Position numbers and translations under genes: made by a program | NCBI GenBank assembly: GCA_003427395.1 | Contig: BFEA01000037.1 | Span: 1,591,821 to 1,655,820, forward strand | Source: Chara braunii | Taxonomy: Eukaryota; Plantae; Charophyceae | Reading direction: 5' to 3' | Length of the DNA stretch: 64,000 nt | Shown here: in pieces, positions 1-11,099 of the stretch | How the letters are laid out: each line of letters opens with the position of its first letter | Numbering within the stretch: position 1 is the stretch's first letter | Notes under the pieces: generated by a model | The model's database searches: none | Seen by the model: the letters and a program-made list of their open reading frames with translations, nothing else | Told to the model about the DNA's origin: nothing

Positions 1-120
1 TGTGCTGCATTGGTCTGCCTTGTGTCCCTGGCCCATGGTGCACACAGTTCCCCCCGTGGTACTTGCTGGACCGGACTGGTACTTTCTAGACTCTCTCCAA
101 CATGGGCTTGCTTTAGTCAC

Positions 121-262
121 ACCACTTGCCCACTTGCCTGCACCACTTGACCACTTGCCTGCACCACCTGACCTTGGCTGCACCACTTGACCACTTGCCT
201 GCACCACTTGACCACTTGCCTGCACCACTTGACCACTTGCCTGCACCACTTGACCACTTGCC
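121..262. repeat. 21-bp tandem repeat (caccacttgaccacttgcctg), ~6 copies, inside the LTR
   Basis: Seen directly; it generates the TTCLHHL-repeat ORF 187..396. Confidence 0.9.
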
Positions 263-411
263 AACCTTCTAGAAGGACTGCAGCTAGCCTTCTAGTCTAT
301 AGGTCTACGGATCGAATCCTGGCTACCTATAGACCTACGACAGACCTACCTACCACTGGCGGTTCTACAGGTCGCAGGTTCAACTCTTCGAGTTGACGCT
401 GGTATTGTACA

Positions 412-559
412 CAGGTAAGTTGGGAAACTAGGGATCGAGCCCTGGGATCTACCTCAGCTACCACGAATTGGTGAATACCGTTTCACAGGTAAGTTGGGAA
501 ACTAGGGATCGAGCCCTGGGATCTACCTCAGCTACCACGAATTGGTGAATACCGTTTCA
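412..559. repeat. Exact 74-bp tandem duplication of the LTR terminus
   Basis: 412-485 is identical to 486-559. Confidence 0.9.
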
Positions 560-3500
560 TGATTATCTTGCTAATGGTCAGCAGAAGCTGGTTTTGCAGT
601 ATCATGACAAAGGAAAGCAAAAGTTGGAGATTGTCCTTGCAGTATCATGACAAAGAAAAGGAAAAGTTGGCGACTGCACTTGCAATGAATTTGTTGGTTG
701 GAGATGATTTCAAATCATACAACTCTACGATACGAGACAAACGAGCACTGAGCCTGGAAATGCAATAGGGTCGGCTTAGGTGCTGTGGGGCCACATGCTC
801 AGAATTAATGTGGAGTCAATGGCAGTTTGAATCCCTATTGTGACATCCCACGATGAGTGCCCTATGGGCCATCACGGAAGGCTGTGTGTGTGTCTGCGGG
901 CAGGTGCATGAGGGGAAGGGCTTCGCAGAACTGAATTGAATGGGTTCAGTGCCACAGCGGAAAAGATGAGCTTTCAGAAGAAGGCCGCGAGGGAAAATAT
1001 GGAAAATTCTCATGGCATTTGTAAGCGATGGTATTTGATGTTTGTCAGATGTTGTACCATCCTTATGGTGATGAGAGCACGAGCTATTTGCAAACACTGG
1101 TCGTGGCAAGCATCCAGAACGTGAGGGCAGCCCCAACTGCAGCAGCTCGCTGCCGTTGGAAGAAGGAACCCATAATGAATTGTTGTGAGGCACTGTGAAG
1201 AGTCTGAACAAAAAAAAATACTGTTGTGGGAAAGAAGTCAGGTAGGGAGGAGGAAACCCAGGTGATGTAGCTATGAGACTCCATTCGTCAATTCAGAACT
1301 CGGGCAGGATGTTTCACCCTATAATGCACCTGACAATGAGGCGGCATCACCCAAAGAGAAGCTGGAGCAGCAAGACGGGGAGCAGTGAGAAAGAAACATC
1401 AGCAGTGGAAAACTGTATAGTACAGCACCATTGTGGAAAAACCACTGAGGCCCATCCATCCACTCCATCCGTTATTCAGGCCTGTTGGATCTCAATTTTC
1501 AACTTTGCATAATCCACCCTTATCCATGTCTGCACTGGTTGATATCAGAGAAGACGAGGCATGCCTGCGATTCGCTAACATGCCTCTGATTAAAATAGTA
1601 AACACTGTTATATTGTTACTGGCCTTTGTGTGTTCACCAACGACTATTGTAGTTATGATCCATGTGAAGGTGTGAAGGTAGAGGGGGAGGGGTGGGGACA
1701 GGTATTACTATTGAGTCGTTATTGCACATTTTGCCTAGTGATATGTTGTACGGGTTCACCTCATTGAAATGCCATTTGGGTTCCTTCATATCGGTAAAGT
1801 GGATCAGCCAGATCCATTAGATTGGAAGTTTGGATTCAGAGTTCTACACTGTTTGCCATCTTTTCAACCTATGTCCTCTTTTTTGTTCTTTGTTCCCCAC
1901 CTTTTTCAATGTCTAATTGTAAGTAATTATAGGTAGCTAGGTTTTTGTATAGGTAGGCAGGTAGCGGAAGGCTTGTAGCCAAATTTTCAGGTAGCTAGGT
2001 ACATATAGGCATTGAGTATAGTACACCAGGTATATACTATGTATTAATTCCTATAGTGTGCAAAACCCGCATAAGGACTGGATGTCCGCCAAGGAAAGAG
2101 CAGTCTCTTGTGTAAACAACAGAGTGTTCCGAACAATACAAATGCATTGAGAATTCATAGAGGCAAAGATTAAACAGCGTGACTGGACGTTTTTAATATG
2201 TAGGTATGTAGGTAGCTAGCAGGAGGTTGTACCGTTGTGGTAGGTAGCTAGCAGTAGGTTGTACTGTTGTGGTAGGTAGCTACATAGTTAGTCTCCGTTA
2301 AGAAGACCCATGATCTCTCACGTTCTCAGACAAAGTAGTTGCTGGTTTGTCAGATTGTTAAGACCGGCCCCTGTTCAATCTCTGCTTGTAGCCAATTGTG
2401 GCTAGGTAGATTGTTTTTTTTTGTCAGGTAGCCTGGCAGGTAGGTGGCGGTAGGTAGCTACTCGGAAAGTTAACGCAGTTCTTGCTTCTCATATGAGCGA
2501 CGAGTCCTCTCAACACTGGCTTCTCTGATGGTCTGAATGATACCTGTGTCATCGCTGCCTGCCCTTCAGTCCTGGTAGTCCTTATGTCAATGTGTGTTAG
2601 TAGTTGCATTAGTATTCCCAGAGCTTGTTCTGCAATCAGACTTGTCTCGATTTCACTTCCAGCATGTGCACATGCAGGTGCCAATTGCAAAACAACTTCC
2701 TCCAAGTAGAATCAGCAACAAGTGTGAGATGGCGCAGTGCGCCCACACAGAAAACTCAGAGATATGGCCTTCGGCCAGGAACTCAGCTTAAGTCAACTTG
2801 TCACATCTTGCAGCTATGGCGTCTGAGCGCCAGTTTGAAATTCCCACCGAACACTGTATCCACCATTAGACACACTCACTAGGATCTACCCTGAATGTCT
2901 ATGCGCACATACACACACACACACACACACACTAACTAACTACTGAATTCGTCACACTGCCGCTATGGCTGGCGTCGTCTTCCTCCTCACTAGCGGCTAT
3001 GGCCACTCGCCCTCTTCCACCTCCGGGCTTCCTGCTGACCACCTGTGACTCAACGCACAAGTCACTCAAGCAGTGCTTCCACGTAGCTCGCAGGCGAATG
3101 AATGAATGGCTGGGCGCTGCCTCTTTATTTATACTGTTTCGTTTGGTGGTCTGGCCTGCCCGGTCCCAGGCCCTTGGACGTGCAGTTCCACTCTGGTACT
3201 TGCTGCTGAACTGGGACTGCCTATACCTGTGCCTCTTCGGGGCTGACTGGGTACTCTTGACCTTTTGGAGAACAATGGTCTGCCTCCTACTGAATCCCGA
3301 AGGTCAAGTTGACTCTCCAGAGGACGTAGGGCCAGTTGACCTCTGGAAAGGTCAACTGTAAACTTGCCTTTTCCGGAAACTTATGGACGACCCTAAGACT
3401 CCTAGACGACTGACCTACGGATCAAACCCCACATGACCCAACTCATACACGCAAGGCATTGGTAGATGGTTTTGGGGACAGGTCACGGTGTCAGGAAATC

Positions 3501-3962
3501 CGGGAAGGGTGACGCCTGCTGTAGTGTCTGTCACCCACCGCGCCCGCTTCGGGGGTCCTCAGCGATGCAACAGGGAGCGACGTTTAGTTCGCCTGTCACA
3601 CCCCGATTCAAAAGCTGACCTAAAGACTTCGGAATCACAGATTCACAGGGATAAAACTGAGATTTGTTTATTTAATACTTATCTTTTTTTTTTTTGTTTT
3701 TTTTTTTTTTTGTTTTGTTTTACTTAGTTATACAAAAGAAAACAAAGAGATAGGTTGAACACCTGGGTTATCTTTGCGGACCTTCAGCCCTGATGCGGTT
3801 ACACTCCTTGGGTCAAATGTAGAACTTGGATCCCACGAGGGCTTTCTGGAGTGCTGAAGATCAGGGATAAACCAGTAAAAAAAAAAAAAAAAAAAAAAAA
3901 AAGGCTCCAGTAACCAATTTCAATGACCAAGGGAACCAGCTAATAACTAGAGCATAAACAGG

Positions 3963-5225
3963 TGCAATGACTTGCTGGTTTCTGGTCGCCTGTTGCCTCT
4001 CTCTTGTTGAGGCTGTACCAATTGTAGGTCAGATTCGTAATTTTGTTTGGCTGAGGGCTAACCGAGAGACCTGCCTGTATGGAAATCCGGTAGGGACATA
4101 TCTGCAAATTTGTGAAAATATAGGCCCGTACTAACTGGAGTTCCTACAGCTACCCTAACTGCGAATAGCAGGCCCGGGCTACCCTAGGACAGACAGGCCC
4201 TAAGGGCCCAAGCTGATAGACGGTCCTATAGCCTATAGCCGGGTAGGGAGAGGCCCTAGAGGCCGGAACACAAAACGGTACCGGTTGGCCAGTCAGTCCG
4301 GTCTAGGTCGAGTCTAGGCTAGTTTAGACTATAGATAGGATGGGCACATCGGTTCAGGGCTCTTGGCAGTTGGTACCGAGTACATCGCTGCTGTGCTACG
4401 CGTGAACCAGAAGTGGGGACGGCTCAGCGTGGAAGGAGACAGACATAGCCAGACCTTCGGAGCGCCGGCCATAGCTGGGACCTGCGCTGTACTCTGTCAG
4501 CACGCCGGGCTGTACAAAGGTCTGGGCTATTCGAGGTCTGCTGTAGGCGAGAGAAGTTGGTGCCCTGCTGGATCCTCCTCCGGAGTGGGGTTGCAGGGTT
4601 GTGGCACTGCAGCCAGAGCTGCAGCATCTTCCTCAGAGATCATCTTGTCAGGAGTGGTGGCGCTGCTGCAGACTTCCACCCGGGAAGTCTTCCAACACTT
4701 CGTCATCATCAGACACTATGGCGCTGGTCTTCTTCTTCATCCTCTGAGTGGCGCTTGGCCTCAGAGGCCTGTTTCAGGGTGGCGCTGTCCTCAGGAAGCA
4801 GTACTTGGGTGGCGCTTGATATTTCAGGGGCTCGGGGTTGCTATGAGTGGTTACTCAGGGTTGGGGAGTGAAGCACTGCTCACTTTTGAGCAACGCACTG
4901 TAGTTCTGAGGTTATTCTGACAATTCGGTACTCTGAGTGTAACAAACAGTGTGATACTGGGTTTGGAATATCATCGTTTCATTGTTTTTTGGATGTGATC
5001 TACTCGGCTTTCCTTTATGACTGGTTGTGAGGATTGAGTGGAGTAAATTGCACTTTCAATGTACCCTGTCATACCACATGGTCAAGTCTTCCGCTGTGTT
5101 TATCTCTCCTTGTGCGGTGTGATACTCCTATCCTCTCCCCTTCATTCTGTGTATGTATGGGCATACCTGGGAGTCTATGTGAGTGACTGTTGGTCTTCCG
5201 ACAACAGACAACCAGAATCATAACA
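3963..5225 (+). repeat. 5' LTR of element A
   Basis: Direct repeat of 20188-21329, which lacks ~120 bp near the 3' end. Confidence 0.95.
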
Positions 5226-5227
5226 AT

Positions 5228-5239
5228 TGGTATCGAAGC
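5228..5239 (+). promoter_or_regulatory. PBS of A, variant of the tRNA-iMet type (tggtatcgaagc)
   Basis: 2 nt after the LTR end; canonical sequence is tggtatcagagc. Confidence 0.75.
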
Positions 5240-6839
5240 GATTGGATCCGGACTCTGGAGCGATTGGTGAGTTGGAGCAATCACCATCATCTGCCGAGAC
5301 ACTGGAGTTGAGTTTCATGGCGATTTATCATCTTCAGGGTTGGCGACAGTGAGGGTGGTGGTGGTGAGTGTGTGGCTAGTAGAATTGGACAGAGGGTGAC
5401 TCACCCCTGCCGAGGGTTGTGCAGGAGTGGTTGGCGATTGATGCTCAGAGGCCCGGGAGGCTCTAAGAGGCTATTTTCAGCCTGGCGATTCATCTTTACA
5501 CTGGTGATTGGCAAAGGAGTGATCCCAGGAGGTTGCGATCTTAGAATTGGGTCAGGATCCCCAATTTCCAAGCAGGGCAGTATAGGGTGATGTGGCGCTG
5601 CACCGAGTTTATCAGTTGTCTGCACCTGGGAATTCAAATTTAGTGAACCTGTCAGTTGGGGGTGAAGCGCCTCAGGGTAAACTGTTGGATCACCAAGTTT
5701 CAGGAGATTTGATACATGGGAACACTGGGAATCAACAGGAGATGAAACTGGCGAGACGGGGTTGACTAGTCAGCCATAGCCATAGCCTTGAATTGGTGTG
5801 TTCAGGGTCGTGATGTCAGTGATAATGCAAAATTGAATTTTGTGCTGCCATAGCTGAAGCTTGGCTAGACTAGGGTTAGTCATAACTTCAATTTTGTCCG
5901 TCGGAATTCAATTTTGTCAGTTCCTGGTAAATCGCAATTCAGTATACAGTCAGTGTCTGAAATCACACAGTGTAATTTGAAGTTATGAGTCAGTTACAGT
6001 GTTTGTTGTAATTCGCCATACCCGAGGTATGGCATACATGGTCATACAGTGGTGAAGTCGGTAGGGTAGGTTTAAAAATAGGATACCCTGCAAATCGTTG
6101 CACCTTGGTCATCAGTGGATACTTGCCTATCCCTAATTAGTCGCTCTGTCGAACTTCTAATCACTACTAATCAGTCCAGGACTACATCCTGCAATTTATT
6201 GACGCAGGATTTGCAATTATTGCATGCAATTGTTGTGTCAGGGCAGGGACTAAAAAATCGTGAAATTGTTTTTTGCTGAGTTTACTCTTAACTGACCCTG
6301 ACCCTCAAGTGGTCTGCAAAGACTGAGCACTCACTTGCTCAGATTAACCAACTTCTTCTCTTCAGGCAGGTGATAGCAATTGAATAATTACGGAAGAGAA
6401 AACTCAATTCCTATTACCTCCTGTCTGTCTTCTGTTAATTGTCTTATTGTGGAGATGGCGGACACTGGGAAGGGGGAGGCTTCTTAAGTGTAGCCTCAGA
6501 TTCCGGTTGACCCCTTAGAGGTTGAACTGCGGGCCCAAGAGGAGAAACTTCGCCTGCAGTCCCAGGCAGTTGAGTCCCTAAAGGCTGAGCTGAAGAAGAA
6601 AGAAGAAGCAGCTCAGAAGGAGGCCAGGAGAAAGCAGTTGAGTGCAGATGTGGAAAAGATCATGGTAGTTCCAGTCAGTACAACAAGGACATGGCTGAAT
6701 TCATCCTCCTGCAGGATGATATTTATTGTTCTTATTTTACTAACTGGGACAATAGGATTACCAGTATGGAGAGCAGTCATTCGGCGTTTTCTAAAAAGTT
6801 GGATGACATCTCTTCCAAACTGGATCAGATCTTCACTTA

Positions 6840-7754
6840 TGTAATGACCCGTCAAAACACAGACTGAGAACACTGCTGATTTCTGAAGTTCTGCCGATGC
6901 AATGGATGCCTTGCTGAGATTCCCGCATTCTGCCGTGTTTCTAAGTCCCAGGAGGCAAGTAGGCCGCTATATCAAGAGGCCGGGCGGAGAGCCCAGCCTC
7001 ATTCTTCAGTGTGCAAGTTTGGCGACACACTGCTGGAGCGCTGGCTGGAGTAGCGCTGGGTACTACAGCGCTACTGGGAGGAAGAAGTCGGGAGCTACCA
7101 CCTTGGCTATGGTGGAGTTCTACCGGTAGGAGGAGGAGGGAGAAGGGGACCAAGGAGGAGAGTGGTAGGGTACTTACCTGGCTATGGAAGACACCATCCT
7201 CATCACCTTGCTAGGCGCTGCATCTGGAAGGCCCCAGTGGGGTTAGTGCCGCATCAAGGAAGCTCGGGGCAAAGTCAGGCATGGCGGTTGAGTGGGCAGC
7301 GGCATAGCTGCTTGGTGATGACCTTGAAGTGGGGCAGCGACACAGCTGCTTTGGGTTGTCCTTTGCACAGGAGGCTGAAGCCTCAGTAGTCCGCCATAGC
7401 CTCGGCCTGTATGTAGAGCAAGAGGAAGGGTTGCCATGGCTATGGTGGACCTCATGTTATGCCTGCAGTAGAAGTGAGATTCGGACATTGATTCTGGTTC
7501 AGTCATTCAAAATTATTATTGTCGTTTCTTGTTTGAATAAGAGGGGAGGAGATAAGGAGGAAGGGATTGGTTGGCGAAGAAGAAGAGCCTTGACATTGGT
7601 TTATGCTGGAGTACATCATCATCTTCTTCTTTCTCACTTCTTCTTCTTCTTCTTTCCCTCTCTTTCCTCTCAAGTTCATTCGTTTCTTCTTGCAATTGGA
7701 TGGCATTGTACTTTCAGACGAATGTATACTTCGGAATTGGTCAGGATCGTAACA
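6840..7754 (+). repeat. 5' LTR of B (lacks ~460 bp present in the 3' LTR)
   Basis: Matches 14235-15609 except for the missing ~14343-14802 segment. Confidence 0.95.
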
Positions 7755-9318
7755 TTGGTATCAGAGCGGATTCTACTTGCTGGCGAGAGTTGACTTTGCT
7801 GCCATAACCCTAACCCTAGTGGTAAGGGCTAACTACTTAGGGTTAGGGCTGGAAGTTAGGGTTAAGTGGGGCAGCGTGGTGAAGGGAAGCTGCCCCCACC
7901 TGGCAGGGCCGTGTAGGGTCGGCACTAGCCCCGACCAGGTTGTTTGAGTGCATGTTTGTGGTGGCGAGACACAAGGTGGGACTTCGTGATGCAATTTGAG
8001 AGAGGCGACAGTGAAAGGCACCTACAACTTGAATCTGGACTTCAAGGAAGATGAGGAGTGACTTCAGGGCTCCCCTCAAGTCAGGCGAGCTTGAGGGTGG
8101 CAGCCGGATTGCAAGTTGCTGCTTTGATCTTCAACATCGACGGGGGATCCGGCTTTGTACTTTGGGGTAGATGTTGACCCTCCTAGATGATAGGACACTA
8201 GTGTAGAGGATGCTAATTGGGCCAGGAGGACTATGTGAGAGGGGGGTGAGTTCTTTCATCTCAAGAGCCGGCCACTCAGGTAGGTGTCGTGCCACCAGGG
8301 TACCCATGTGTGTGTGCATGGAATTGACTGCCTGTTGGGGTTTTCTGGGTTCTTCTTCCATCCTCCATAGTCTTGATTGTGTGTAAGGTGTGTGAACTGC
8401 CTACTCACCTGACGAGTGAATGAATGAAGTATCTTGTTTGCCATGCTATATCTCTCTACAGTGCTTTGTTTATTTCATTCTGAACGGCTGTAGTCTGTAG
8501 GTTCTTTCTGGGGCAAAATTTCGTTTTTCAATTCGGTAGGGACAGAGTAGGCCTTTGTGGAACTCTTGTTGGTTGGGACCCGGTTCTGACTCCACTGGGA
8601 CCGTTTGGGACTCAGTGGGACCAGGCCCAAACAAGAAGGGCCCCTCAGGCCAAATCTGTTGACGTCAGTTACCTTGCTCTATCTGATTGGGACTCAGACT
8701 TTATGCTTTCAGACCAGGACACTCGCTGCGGAGGGGATCTCCACTGAGACGTTTTATCAGACTTTACCGCACAATCCGCCGCCTGACTCGCACCTCGGGC
8801 ACCACTCAATTCTCTCTTGCATTTTGCTGTACACCTTGAATCTGATTTGCTGTGTCTTCACGGAGTTGAGTCCGGCTAGGCTTGAGAGGACCTCATACGT
8901 AGTCGGTCCAGACTGTGTGGCTGGATCAGATCTCTCTNTGATTTGCTGTGTCTTCACGGAGTTGAGTCCGGCTAGGCTTGAGAGGACCTCATACGTAGTC
9001 GGTCCAGACTGTGTGGCTGGATCAGATCTCTCTAATCTTTTCTTTTTTTATTTTGACTGCTCTCCAGTCCAAATGAATTGCCGCTCCGGCTAGGAGTTCT
9101 ACCTTCTCTTCTGATTGTTTTCAAAGTTGTTTCTTTGACTTGGTTCGCTGAATGACTGCGTCTACATGATCGCAAACAAGAGAGAGAGAGAGAGAAGAGA
9201 GAAGCTTCTGAGAGTTGCTCGTGAGGGAGTGAGGAGAGGGAAGAGGAGTGTTCGTCCCAGAAGTGTGAGGAAGTACGGACCCCTCTTGAGAGACTTGCTA
9301 ACACCCTCATCCTCCACT

Positions 9319-10948
9319 ATGGCATCTGCAGCAGAATGGAAGTTGCAAATGGACGCTGCCCCCGAGGCAGAAAAAGCGCTGTACCGATTCTTCTATGAGA
9401 AAGCATTGAAGAGGGAAGAGGAAAAGAAGAAGGAGAGGGAGGAGAAGGTAAAGGCTCATGAAACCATTTTATGTACCTTGCTTGCCCTAACCGATGAGGA
9501 GGTGGGAGAGAAAACTGTTCCACTCCTCCGGGCTTTAGTAGACGTCCGGGCTATTGAGGACCATACTGGCCAACTCGCCAAAGTGTTCGACGAACTCAAG
9601 AAGTTGCGAGAAGACATGGCCCTGATGGCGCAGCAGCACCGTGACCAGCTGCAACAGTTTGCTAATGTGCATCCAGCCCAAAGTATCCTTCCGCCTGCTT
9701 ACCCTGCTTCTAGTGTTGCGTGTCAGTCTGTTCTTGCCCCTCTAAATGTGTCTTCTTCTTCTTCTTCTTCTTCTTCTTCTTCTTTGAGTGTGGCCAACAG
9801 CCTATCCGGATCTGCAGCAGGTCCAGACCACGCTGCGGCTGCTGCTGCTGCAGCTGCAGGTAGCAGTGCAGGGCATTCTGGAACTTTTGCAGTCCCGGGT
9901 TCGGACCCAGTAGCCGCTGGGCTAAGCTGCAACTTTCCTTATATGGATAGAAAGGCGGCGCAGATTTCATCTAACTATGACGGAAAGGACGACATCGAAT
10001 CTTGGATTAGCTCCATGCGATCCTACTTCGATGTGTTGGGGACACTCCCAGTTACTCAGTCGTCGGTCCTAGGGACCAATGTGGAACTCGTCGTAAGAGG
10101 ATTCTTGAAAATCGAAGTTGTACAAGCAGGCTATAAGAGAATAGACTTGAACAAATGGCTGAAGGCTACGCCTGTAGCTACACTCGAGGAACTCTTGATC
10201 AAACAATATGTTGATCCACATGCTGCAGCCAAAGCTAGACTCAAGCTTGACAAGCTCAAGCACAACAAGTGGACCAGCACCATGCATAGTCTACAGCAGT
10301 ATGTTAGTAAACTTTTTCTACTCCTGACTTGGAAATGACTGCGCAGTCTTGCTTGAATGTGATAAAAGGCACGGTCCCCTCTACTATAACACATCGCCCG
10401 GGGCTCGGGCTCAGCACGTATACAGATTGGCTTACCCTCATGCGGGACTTAGTCAAACTGGAGGCACAAGACCTCCCGGGTGGATCGGGTGGCAAAAAGA
10501 CCACCGGCCGCAATTGGTTTTCGGGCAGCAACCGTTTTTCAGCGCACGATCTGCTTGAGGATGACGAGGAGACCTTCGCAGAGGATCCTTCTCTTGATGA
10601 CGATCAAGAGCAAGGCTGCGAGGCATCTTGCTCTTCGTCAGCCCATGAGTCTGAGTCTGTAAATGATGATGAATCTATGAATGCCTTCAAGAAGACTGCC
10701 TTCAAAAGTAAGGGACCGAGGACCACGACGAAGAACAATACTAACACATTCTTCTTCCCAAGGGAGCGAAAATTCCACCCAAACCGGAGGATCCTACCAC
10801 CAAACCATGGGTAGATCTCCGGATCACTGAAAGTGGGTGGAAACACAGGGTGAAGAAAGGGGTTTGCCTGCATTGCACCAAACCGGGACATTGAGTCCAA
10901 CATTGCTTTATATTGCAGCAGGGAAACCGGCAACGGGGTAGAGGCTGA
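9319..10948 (+). pseudogene. gag: gag of B (frameshift near 10330, internal stops)
   Basis: ORF 9166..10338 with YDGKDDIESW; knuckle CLHCTKPGH*VQHC at ~10865-10906; in-frame (TCT)n and (GCT)n tracts. Confidence 0.85.
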
Positions 10949-11099
10949 ACATGTAGGTGCAGATCCTTCTCTGGATTCTGATCCCACTCAGCAACCCTCT
11001 CCTGAGACCCCATCTGATGCTGATTCCAAGGTTGAGAAAATACACATCCTATACAAAGAGCCTTGGGTAGAGTCGGAAGAAATTGACTTCCATGCTCTG

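Larger units (their letters stand above)
1..559 (-). mobile_element. 5' part of an LTR of the TGAAACGG...TGATTGCA family (related to C, D, F), running off the window start
   Basis: Reverse complement from 559 reads tgaaacggtattcacc...cccagggctcgatccctag, matching the LTR starts at 21445, 30830 and 35438. Confidence 0.75.

Noticed and set aside
121-262. Repeat array as CRISPR-like
   Set aside because: Units are contiguous with no unique spacers, and the context is a eukaryotic LTR.
4363-4920. 185-aa ORF inside the LTR of A as an extra gene
   Set aside because: Non-ATG start, no recognisable domain, and truncated by a stop in the 3' LTR copy.
8843-9033. 96-bp perfect tandem duplication
   Set aside because: The copies are separated by a single N, which is typical of a contig-overlap artefact.
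10921-10927. G GGA AAC slippery site as a -1 gag-pol frameshift in B
   Set aside because: The -1 frame is closed by nearby stops and the protease lies in the +1 frame; this cannot be separated from decay.
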